Shown here one piece after another: positions 10,090 through 20,406 of a stretch of 38,241 bases of DNA. Position 1 is the first letter of the stretch; every line of letters begins with the position of its first letter. Source of the stretch: Octopus bimaculoides (Eukaryota); NCBI RefSeq assembly GCF_001194135.2, contig NC_068999.1:37422169-37460409 (forward strand), read 5' to 3'. The notes beneath the pieces were generated by a model that was not told the DNA's origin, ran no database searches, and saw only the letters and a program-made list of their open reading frames with translations. The position numbers and the translations under genes are program-made.

Positions 10090-12045
10090 AGGAAGAAGGA
10101 TTTCGATTTCAATGTGTTATATGTTGGTGGATACAAATATAAATCTGATTCTAAATGTCACTTTTGTTGAGATAAGCATGCTCTGTCTAAACATCCTATA
10201 TTTACTAAAACTTTTATTGTGTAAAAAAGAATCACTTTCAGAGAGTAAATCAACAAAACACCAGAGGAAATTAAATATGAAGGTTCTTGGAATTGTTCTG
10301 GATATTGGTATTGAGAATGTGAAAATCAACAGTATTAACCTTTAAGATACGAAGCTAACACCGGAAGTCAGGTGACTGTAATACTTCAGGGTTTCTGGAT
10401 TTATAAGACAAAATAAAAGAAAATAAAAGATAGACTAAATTAATTTCATGGGTAAGTTTGAGGTATTAATGAAAATGGATATAAAGATAGATGTGTTATC
10501 GTTGCTGAATGTAAAAATAAAAATACTGTGGTAAAGCTGTGATGTAAGTCCTTGTTATTGGGGAAATTAAGAGGATTTAAGGCTAACGTTTTAATCAAAG
10601 AAAATATCAGGTTTTGTTATTTTACCATATTAAATCAGAAGTTAAAATAACCAACAAAACTAATTAATGAAGGCTTTTAGATAAGGGTCTCCTGGGTGGG
10701 ATTAAATAGTTGTATGGTGGAAGGATTTTCCAAAATATGTGGGTTCTTACATAGAAGCCTCCTCTTACATAGATATCCTCAACTGCACAACATCATAGAC
10801 AACAATGGTTTTCTTGCTAAACACTTTACCAGAAGACAAATCAATACAACTCTTGGATTTATTCCCTAAACGCTGGAAGTACCATTCTTTGCTTTTATTT
10901 TTTTGTGACGTTTTTGTTTTTTATCCTCCTCCTCCTCCCCCAGTATTGGTGGCTCATGTCTGCAAATTCTTTGTTAACGAGAGAAAGAGAAGTATGGTCA
11001 AAATCACACAAGCTGGTGCTTGACAGAATCCAAAACAGCAACATCAAGAAGAAATATCACTGAATACCACAGAGTGAGGGGTTGTGGTGGTGGTGGTGGT
11101 AATGAGAGGAGAAATGGTCATGGTTGGAACCCTGTTGATTTTAGTCCTTTTTGATTAGCTTAGGGGCTTAAATAAAGGAAGTCATCCCAAATTGTTATCC
11201 AGTTCCAAATATTGAATCGATTTTTTATTCTCGTTTTGTTAAATTGGATTTGAAGGAAGAATATCTTCATCAGACAGAAATGTGTACAAAATAAGAGAAG
11301 TTACAATGATTGGTAAACTAATGGATCCGTTAAGATAATAGAACCAAAACAGTCAGCGCTATTTTGCCAAGAGATCAATTGAGCAGGTAAAATGATAATA
11401 TTATTTATCGAGTCAATGTATGTATTGATATTGAATATATTTGATTATGTTGGTTAAACAGTCTACTTGCCAAGGTGACGAGATGCAAAACTGGTTGACA
11501 ATATCAAGGATTGTAATGAATTGAACTCAGTTTGTGTTCGAAACTGATGAATTAACTTTTAGGAAATAGTTTGACGAAGGAGATTATATCATCCAGTTAT
11601 TGTTCAGTAGTAATAATTATGGTTGCAAAACAACCAAAGTTTAAGGATCTGTTAAAATCTTTTATTAAGGCAGAGGTATTGCAGAATGTTTAGAGAAATG
11701 GACAAAGCCTTGAGTTATTTGTTTACATTCTTAACGAAATCCTATCGAGATCAGCTTTGTCTTCCATCATTTCGGAGCTGATGGAATGTCACTCCAGGCC
11801 GATGGAATGGTTAGATCATTGGACACAACACTTAGCAGTATTTGTTCCAGATGCTAAATGGTGTCCTGGCTGGAGGTGCTCAGGTTGCAGTCTATCTGGA
11901 TAATGTGCCTGTATTTAGCAAACAAAATGGTATCTTGTTAAAATCACTCAAAGAAAGTCAACAGGAAGCCAGCTTTGTATCACTCGATGAAAGTTCCATG
12001 AAGCTACCAAAGTTCGTTCGCAATTTGATGGCCCTGGAAGTATAG
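10090..12045 (+). mobile_element. Decayed Ty3/Gypsy LTR retrotransposon gag-protease-RT remnant, interrupted by the ANKRD39 copy
   Basis: Collinear motifs broken by stops and frameshifts: Gag knuckle-like KYKSDSKCHFC (10135-10167); protease-like EANTGSQVTVIL (10351-10386); LGKLRGFKANVLIKEN (10558-10605); KICG (to 10743); then RGLNK-EVIPNCYPVPNIESIF..RFVKLDLKEEYLHQ (11162-11273); and FQMLNGVLAGGAQVAVYLDNVPVFS (11845-11919; YxDD>YLDN). No LTRs were identified. Confidence 0.75.
10755..11162 (+). pseudogene. Duplicated fragment of the ANKRD39 last exon plus proximal 3' UTR
   Basis: Aligns to 4831-5235. By manual count there are about 12 substitutions, a 2-nt deletion (frameshift) and a 5-nt insertion. 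The stop codon is changed TAA>AAA. There is no splice acceptor and no poly(A). Confidence 0.92.
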
Positions 12046-12258
12046 AATCTTTTATTGGACTTGTTAATCCTTAAACAGATCGTACTGCACTGCTTGAATC
12101 ACTTGTCTACAATTTTCATGAGAATGCAACAAAAGGTTAATAAACTGTTGTTATTGTCAAAGTCAGTTGTCCAGAGTTGTGATGTTACAAAGAAAAACAA
12201 AACACAGTATTGCAGATCAAATGAAAAAATAAGACATTGGGGGGGGGGGGGGGCGATG

Positions 12259-13062
12259 TATACCCTGCACACACATAAAATGTTTTGGCCAGTTATAATG
12301 TAGCTTACAATGCGTTGTTTCCTCATGCTTTTTAATTGAATTGAATTAAGTTTTGTAAGTGTTTGACTAAAAAAGGATTAGAAGCCTTAGAACGGTGAAA
12401 TTAAGAAATCAACTCGTAAATAAATGAAACCCTCGAATCCATCACTGTACACACACACACAGAGTCTCATATCTATGTATGTATGTACGTACGTACCCAC
12501 ACGTTTTTACACGCATAGGTACACCATGATCTATATACAGGCAGACATGGGTCGATTCATGTGAAAAAGAAAGTGAACAAAACGAAATTCTTATGGAAAA
12601 TATTGCATAGAGAAGTATTTTGAACGTCTTTCAATGATGGCAGGTGAATCAAACAAATTGTAGTTCGTTGGAGGAGATAAATAATATGACCGCTTGCTTA
12701 TAAGGAAATTTGTAAAAATGAAAAACATTTTTTTTTTGTTTTAAGTATCACCATTTTAGATATTTATACTGCGGTGAGATTAAGAAATCAACTCGTAAAT
12801 AAATGTAACCCTCAAATCCATCACTACACATACACACCCACACCACCCACACAGAGTTGCATATCTATGTATGTATTTATGTTTGAAGGTAACCAAACTA
12901 AATGTTTCATCATTTCGAGCCACCCACCCACCCAATGAGTATTTCTGCCAAACTTGGTGAAAATTCCGTTCAGCCGTTTTCCAGTAATTTTACAAATACA
13001 AGCAGACAAACAAAGACGAGTGATTACAATACACGGCTTTCGTTTGCGCGCGCAGGGTAACA
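12259..13062 (-). mobile_element. Helentron/DINE-1-like non-autonomous element
   Basis: Inverted ends taccctgcac (12261-12270) and gcgcagggta (13050-13059) match 9/10. The minus-strand 5' region reads ttaccctgcgcgc...gtttgtctgcttgt...aacggctgaacggaattttcaccaagtttgg. An internal direct repeat of about 90-100 bp occurs at about 12392 and 12772. Confidence 0.5.
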
Positions 13063-15204
13063 AATAAGGACATAAGTATCGATAACAAGCAAAAATGTAG
13101 AATCAGTGCCACAGGCTTTAAATAATATTCCAGATTTTATTAAAGAAAATAAGTGATTTGGTAACTGATGCAAATCCCAATATTACCGATTGACATTACA
13201 GGAAGTTTTCGAATATCGAAAGCATTTAAACTGAGTCGCTTCTGTGAGATGTGACATCGTTGCCATAGTGTTGCAATACTGCAAGCGTTTTACATCATGT
13301 GACTGTCAACTTGGCAATCAAGACTCTTTAACATCCAGAGACGCTGGACAGTAAGTCCGATGAGACTAAAAGTAAAGGATCGTTTTTCATTTGTCGTTGT
13401 CTTGTTATTGAGATTAAAGCATTGAAGTATTTATTGGACTCACCATTAAACAACAATTTCTGTTAGACAAACTTCACTCTGTTTAATTACACAAATAATG
13501 ACAGTTTAATTTTGCAATTATATTACTTCGCGAAGATCAAGCTACCAGTGAAAACAAAGCAGTGGTATCTCTCCTCAGTTGTGATGTCAATTAATTACTT
13601 AATTTGTTGGTAAACAAACAAAAAATAAGTAAATATATGATTAATTAGCTTGTCAAATTTCTTTCGGTACAGCTTGTGATCTTATTAATGAGGATCTATC
13701 TCTCTTACACCTTCCCCATGCTAACAAACATTCTTTGTTCTTTACGATGTATCGGAGTTTATTATTATATTTTATATATTTTAAGAGCAATCTTGTGTCG
13801 CTATCTCCTGGTAATTGAAGGGAGAAGCGAAGATAGAGAAAGTGGTGAGAGGGGTGGACTGAAAGGGAGAAAAAGTGTTAGCGGAGGGAGGTAGAAGAAA
13901 TAGACTCCTATTATGTTATATGGTTAGATTGTTAAAGGAAAAAGAGGGAGGAACATTACGTGTTTAGCACAGATGTGGTATAGTTGATAATGGAGAGAGC
14001 GAAAGGGAACGTGGAAGTGGAAAATGCTATAACGATAAATACAGAGTGAAGAATAATTGTTAACAACTCCATGTAGAAGACATAAGAATGTAGTATTCAG
14101 AGACTCCATCGCAAATACGAAATGCTTCTGAAAAATATACAATTGCATCTGACAATTTCCAAAATAACCGTGGAATTTCCATGGGTGGCGCTTGTATGTT
14201 GTTAAGAGTTCATAAATTTTGTCATCCATCTACAACTTGATCACTGATATTCTTATTACATAGTATCGAAGATGCTGTGACAGTCATATAAAACACACAC
14301 ACACACACACACACTTTCACCGATAATAATTTCCAGTGAGTATTTTTATATTTTGCGTAACACAGCAGACGACGATCAAACGTCAACTAAGGGGTGAGTA
14401 AGCAGCAGAAGCAGAATTTCAATGAAAATCTACAAATTGCTTCTCTTTCCTAATTGTAATTAAGTTCGCTCTGTCTTTCTTTCATTGCAAACTCTCTCAC
14501 TCTTTTTATAGCATTTTGTAATAATATTATATACCATTAAGTATTAACACATTTATTCCAGCATCTTAACGTCCATCCACTGGCATCACTAATGGAGTAC
14601 GGGGCTCTCAGCAGCAACGAACGGCACTGTCAGAGTGGATGATTCCAAAATGGCTGTCTGTGAAATTTTCTTAATGTATCTTATATAAGAATAAGATTTA
14701 AAACACGTAGAAAGATATATTTTTTAATACTGACAGAACAGCATATATAGGAAAAAATTCGTTTTTTAAGAGCAGAAAAATTTAACTTCGAAGCCAATGC
14801 AATTTTGATGGAGTTCTTAAAACCTTTTACTTTGGATTCTTAGATTTCTTACCAAATGATTCCTTCCACATAAAACTATGTAAATGTGAAGACATACAGG
14901 TGAGCAAATAATATTTTAATGTGACTATGGAATTTTGCTAATCGTTTATGCAACTGCTTTAAGTAAGAGATTCAGGGAACAACAGGAATTGCACCTTATT
15001 AATTACATTAATACAGAAATCTCCAAAAGATTCTATTTCAGTGCAGACATAGTCATGCGGTTAAGAACTTTGCTTCAAAACTGCATTCTTATGAGTCAGT
15101 TACTCAGTGCAGAATTTCAGGCTAAAGTTTTCTGCAATAGCCCCAGGTCGACCAGTGGCTTGTGAGTGAATCTGCTAGACGGAAACTGTATGAAATCCCA
15201 TCGC

Positions 15205-15261
<57 letters not shown>

Positions 15262-15389
15262 TGTGTGCATGCGTTTAGGTATGCTTGTACATGCGTATGA
15301 GGATCCATAAGTCAGAAAAAATAAGAACTGGTATTTTTGTCAATAGAGTGGATTCAGTCAAAGCATACAGTATTATAAATCCATTACAG

Positions 15390-15607
15390 CTGATTCCACC
15401 AGTCGGTTTTGTGCTGAATATTAGGTAACTGAGCGATTATGTAGTTACTGTGTTTGCCAGAGATGAAAGGTATGGCAAAAGATGGCAGGTGCTTTCTGTT
15501 ACTGAAGGTGAGGAATGTCACATCCGGTTTGTGGATGCTGTGGAAAAGACAGGAGAAATTTTTGAAGAATATATCAAAAGTTACGTTCATTCCCTCAAAA
15601 ATCCTGA
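15390..15607 (+). pseudogene. Exon-like segment with an in-frame stop
   Basis: Acceptor ccattacAG (15388-15389) and donor GA|GTGAGT (15608). Reads LIPPVGFVLNIR*LSDYVVTVFARDERYGKRWQVLSVTEGEECHIRFVDAVEKTGEIFEEYIKSYVHSLKNP. The product is not recognised. Confidence 0.35.
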
Positions 15608-16125
15608 GTGAGTTGTGGTGCAGTAAAAGTGTGTTGGGCTCATGTATGTGCAGGGAGTGGATTTGGGGAGGTTAACAGGTGTACAGGGTTGAAATGTGTG
15701 AAGGTGTTTTTGAACAGGTATATGACAGGCCCAAATCTGTTACCCCACCACCACCACCACCCATGTGTAGGTACAAATGCATATGTCTTTATGTGTGTAG
15801 GACTTGTTTAAAACTTTGCTAGGTTTTCAGGGTGTGATGGAAGTTTTACTACGGGTCCCACCTTGATTATAAAAGCTACAACCTCCACATCCTTTGAAAA
15901 TTGCCTCCTGTGACTTTAGTTCGTCTTTTTCACTGGACACACCAACTGGATGTAACACTTCCTCACCCTCTGTAACAGAGAGCAATCATCATTATTTTAA
16001 TACCAGACATCCCTGATGAGCACAGATATTAGATAACCATCCAGTTACCGACGATCCGGTGCAAAAACACACTGATAACATTGGCTGTGGTGGATTTATA
16101 ATCAATAATGCTGTATACTTTGATT

Positions 16126-16157
<32 letters not shown>

Positions 16158-16188
16158 AATTATTATAAAATCTGGTAATTAGTCATAT

Positions 16189-16518
16189 ATTAATTAATAT
16201 CGCTTAATTATCAGGAGGCCAGCGCATCTAAGGAATCAAAGAGATTCAGAAATATTATCTGCAATCTCAGGGGATTAAGGTACATTTTAAAAAAATAACG
16301 TCGACCACTAACGTGGACAATTAATGCGCTAGAAATAGATCACATCTTGTGTCTATTAAGACCTAAATTGTTCTCAACATGAAATATAGCAGCATACCAA
16401 AAACGTGAGCGGGCAAGACATTTAAAATCACCTAAAAAAGCATTATTAAACAGGAACTAGTTTCGGATTTAACAAATTCTTACCATTTGTCTATTCCTCA
16501 TCAGCCTGATTTGTAATT
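16189..16518 (-). mobile_element. Non-coding hammerhead-bearing repeat fragment (Penelope terminal-repeat or retrozyme-like)
   Basis: Carries the hammerhead at its minus-strand 5' end and has no ORF. Part of it (16384-16450) recurs in inverted orientation at 16746-16812. The left boundary is inferred from where the two duplicated flanks diverge. The right end is cut by an N gap. Confidence 0.5.
16448..16512 (-). ncRNA. Minimal type I hammerhead ribozyme
   Basis: Minus-strand RNA: AAAU-CAGG-CUGAUGA-GGA-AUA-GACAAAU-GGUAAGA-AUUUGUU-AAA-UCC-GAAA-CUAG-U-U-CCUG-UUU. Both core boxes are intact. Helix I is CAGG/CCUG (plus AAA/UUU beyond a bulge). Helix II is GGA/UCC extended by a 7-bp hairpin. Helix III is the palindrome ACUAGU. 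Predicted cleavage is after GUU, between + coordinates 16455 and 16454. Confidence 0.8.
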
Positions 16519-16683
16519 NNNNNNNNNNTGTAACAGAGAGCAATCATCATTATTTTAATACCAGACATCCCTGATGAGCACAGATATTAGATAACCATCC
16601 AGTTACCGACGATCCGGTGCAAAAACACACTGATAACATTGGCTGTGGTGGATTTATAATCAATAATGCTGTATACTTTGATT

Positions 16684-16715
<32 letters not shown>

Positions 16716-16745
16716 AATTATTATAAAATCTGGTAATTAGTCATA

Positions 16746-16812
16746 TTTAATAATGCTTTTTTAGGTGATTTTAAATGTCTTGCCCGCTCACGTTTTTGGT
16801 ATGCTGCTATAT
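16746..16812 (+). repeat. 67-bp exact inverted copy of 16384-16450
   Basis: tttaataatgcttttttaggtg...ggtatgctgctatat is the reverse complement of 16384-16450. It ends in an (AT)n tract. Confidence 0.9.
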
Positions 16813-16916
16813 ATATATATATATATATATAGATCAATAATAATAATATGACAACAAAAGAATGAATGAGACCTCGATATTATGTAAAATAGAGGAACTT
16901 ATCTATAAATAAAATA

Positions 16917-16960
16917 TGTGACAATTGGTTGTCATAATATTATGACAACCAACTAATTGT

Positions 16961-16964
<4 letters not shown>
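16917..16964. repeat. Fold-back palindrome
   Basis: tgtgacaatt-ggttgtcataatattatgacaacc-aact-aattgtcaca: a perfect 24-bp palindrome inside 10-bp inverted arms with a 4-nt asymmetric bulge. Confidence 0.9.
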
Positions 16965-16991
<27 letters not shown>

Positions 16992-19900
16992 GTGGATATA
17001 TATATAAATGTATGTATGTATGTATGTATAAGTGTGGCTGTATGTGTGTATGAGTTTATACGTATGGATCTCCTCACTGCTTGATAACCGGTGTTTGTTT
17101 GTTTACATCCCCATAATATACAGGTTTGGCAAATGTAACAACAGAATTAGTACCAAACTTTAAAATATAACATAACTATCAGGGCCCATTTGTTTGATTC
17201 ATGAAGGTTGTACCCCAGCATGGCCACAGTCGAATGACTGAAACAAGTAAAAAAAGTCAGTAAGTCTGGTACGCTCTAAGTTCATGGGGTGACGGTGGGG
17301 TACTACGATGGGGAATCGTCACTGGGGTCCCCCCTTAAAATGAAGTATTTTGAAGGATTTCGTCTTTCATCTTAAATCGAAAACGTTTACATTACTTCGT
17401 TCACTAATATTCTATTCCTCACTATGTTTTAAACACAAAATGATAATGGCTGCTGTTTATTTTCGGTTTTCTAAAAGTAGCCAATATAAACTCCAGTAAT
17501 TCCAGTCTTTCACGACGAAATTGTTTTGTGGGGGAAAAAGAGAAAGAAAGAAAGAAAGAAACCAACGCATTCTATTTGACAAGGGAAAACAATGAGGTAT
17601 CTCGCTGCTGTCTTCGCTCCAGGTCTAACTTACTAAACAAAGAAATAAAAAAAAAAAAAAGAACCTACTATCTAAAGTGCTCCAGCTGTGTCCAATATCT
17701 TTTTCTTGTTTCATTTTCGGAGTTAAGCGTATCTAGGATTACAATCTCAAATGTCTCATGTTGTTTTTTGAAAGACTATAAGAAGCGACTGTTGTGATGT
17801 AGATTTTGTTTCATTATCTTTTGGTAGAGAGTCGATAGAGTTGTTTACAGTTAAGTGTTTCTAAATAATTTTTCGGGTCACGATTTGGTCCTTGATAAAG
17901 TCGAAATATTGAATAAATGTTTTTTTGTTTTGTTTTTTCCTCTTTCTNNNNNNNNNNNNNNNNNNNNNNNNNNNNNNNNNNNNNNNNNNNNNNNNNNNNN
18001 NNNNNNNNNNNNNNNNNNNNNNNNNNNNNNNNNNNNNNNNNNNNNNNNNNNNNNNNNNNNNNNNNNNNNNNNNNNNNNNNNNNNNNNNNNNNNNNNNNNN
18101 NNNNNNNNNNNNNNNNNNNNNNNNNNNNNNNNNNNNNNNNNNNNNNNNNNNNNNNNNNNNNNNNNNNNNNNNNNNNNNNNNNNNNNNNNNNNNNNNNNNN
18201 NNNNNNNNNNNNNNNNNNNNNNNNNNNNNNNNNNNNNNNNNNNNNNNNNNNNNNNNNNGAATAAAATGCTTTGAAGTATTTCTTTAGGCTCTTTACAATC
18301 CGAGTTCAAATCCTGCCGAGGTCAACTTTGCCTTTCATCTTTTGGAGTTGATAAAATAAAGCACCAGTCTAATCTCTTCCTTTCAACATTTCTGGCTCTT
18401 TGGAACAAGATTTGAACTCAGAAGGCAAAGGGTCTATACTTAGCTACGACGTTTTACGTTCCAATTTCAAATCATGCCAAAGTCTAATCTACTTTATGTC
18501 TCCTCCTTTCGGCCGCAGAACTTCTCTCCTTCCCTGCCAACATATCTGACTCTATTTTACGGTTTATTGGTGATTGAGTAGATTTGGGTCGGACTAGTTG
18601 GTCCATTATCAAAAGCGCCCCAAACATGACCTTGTCTTTCTCTCAGGTATTTTGTGTCTAGGACTACATCATCCAATATGTTGTTCCCTTTTCAAGACGC
18701 TGGAAGGGCCACTTGAAGGGTTACTTGGTTGCTCTTTTTAACTCTGCGACCAACCAGATAGAGACTCCTTCAATGGCTCATACAGCCATGTTTTATATGA
18801 GACTGTCTCAAGAACAGATTTAGTTCCGGTTTAGAACCTTTGCGTTGAACTTTAAGTAGTTCTGAACATGTGACCAATCGGAGAGAAAGAGAGAGATTGT
18901 TATTTAAAGTAAGGATTTCAGATTTTGATATACGGGTGTATTCCATAAAGTTATTTTCATGCTCCACAAACACTTTGTAAATTTATCAATCCATTATTTT
19001 TTCACAATTTAAAGATTCAAAATAATGATAGACATTTGAAACCTGATCGCTAATTATATTCTTCAAGCTTTTAGCATTTTGTAAATTTAAAAACAGAAAA
19101 TTTCTTTATTTTTCCGAAAAGGTAAAAAAATATTTGAATAGTTACGAAGATAATTTTTCCAAGATATATAATCTTAAGATATAAATAAAGTGGATCGACA
19201 AAGACAGAGCTTATGCAGTTACTTGGTTTACTTGAAATAGCAGCCAAATTTCCTTCAACCCACATTTTCGGGCCTATTTTATAATCTAGTCTTAGATATA
19301 CGGTCAGAAAGACATTTGAACAAATTGTCCATAAGTACGCTTTCAAATTACAAGGTCTCAGGATCAATCCACCTATTTGACATCTTTAACAAATGTCTTT
19401 TACCTTTGCTGCAATTCGACCAAAACATTGGAAGTGAAATTTTGATAGAAAGAAACTATGTGGAAGCCTATCTGATGTTTGTAATTTAAGAGTCCAATTT
19501 TCTCACAGATTGCATCACTCTTATTGAAGCTTTCATGTTAAAGGTAGATGTGCCTGTAAAATGCTCCTATCACATGGTAATTCAATAATTCGACCATTGA
19601 TTGATACAGACGGAGATCTATTACTATCATAAGAAAGATCAGAATTGAGAGAATCGTTCCACCAGGAGTGTTAAGGCATTCAAAGACATTCGGTTACTTT
19701 TTACTCCAGGTATTTCAGATCTCTCTTGAAATACACAGCTTTTGTTCCAATTCTGAAAATGATTTTTTAAACAATTTCAGTCATTTCTCTGCGGCCATAA
19801 AGCTCAACCCCCCCACTTAGGTTTTTTAAAAGACAGGTACTAATTTTATTGGTTTATTTTACCGAATCGGGGATGTAAACAAACCACCACCAGTTGTCAA

Positions 19901-20147
19901 GCAATGGGGGACGGATACACATATACAGACATGCACACATTTATACGACAGGTTTCCAAGCAGTTTCCTTCTAACAAATTCACAAGGCAATGGTCAGCTC
20001 GATGCTATAATAGAAGACATTTGCCCACGGTATTGCACAGTGGAACTGAACCCGAATCCACTTGGTTGTAAGGTGAGCTTCTTAACCACACAGCCACATC
20101 TGTAGAATTTAGTAAAACAAATTCGTTGTTATTAAGACGAAACATAC

Positions 20148-20318
20148 GATTTTGATGGAAGATTTTGGTTGTGATTGATTTCAAATATGTTTGTGGTAGA
20201 GAGCCAGGAAAGGGCTCGTGGGTGGTCATGGTGGTATCAAAACGATTAAAATCAACTGAATTAGGGGAGAAAAAAGTGCTGTAATCATAGCCATCAGCAT
20301 ACATTCCCAGAGAAGTTC
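20148..20318 (-). CDS. Candidate symmetric (phase 1-1) exon of an unidentified gene
   Basis: Acceptor ctctgtcagtcacAG and donor C|GTATGT. The 171-nt frame is open: TSLGMYADGYDYSTFFSPNSVDFNRFDTTMTTHEPFPGSLPQTYLKSITTKIFHQN. No homology was recognised. Confidence 0.25.
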
Positions 20319-20369
20319 CTGTGACTGACAGAGACCGGGTTCAAACATTTAGTGAATTCCTCGTGTGGC

Positions 20370-20406
<37 letters not shown>

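Larger units (their letters stand above)
15971..16746 (+). repeat. 218-bp direct duplication (15971-16188 and 16529-16746) around a 10-N gap
   Basis: The two copies appear identical by eye. The second starts exactly at the gap edge, as expected for an unmerged contig overlap. Confidence 0.85.

Noticed and set aside
10805-11023. 72-aa ORF as a new gene
   Set aside because: It is a frameshifted, stop-lost read-through of the ANKRD39 copy into UTR-derived sequence.
11540-11575. CTGATGA...GAAA within the Gypsy remnant
   Set aside because: Helix II cannot form, so this is a chance match.
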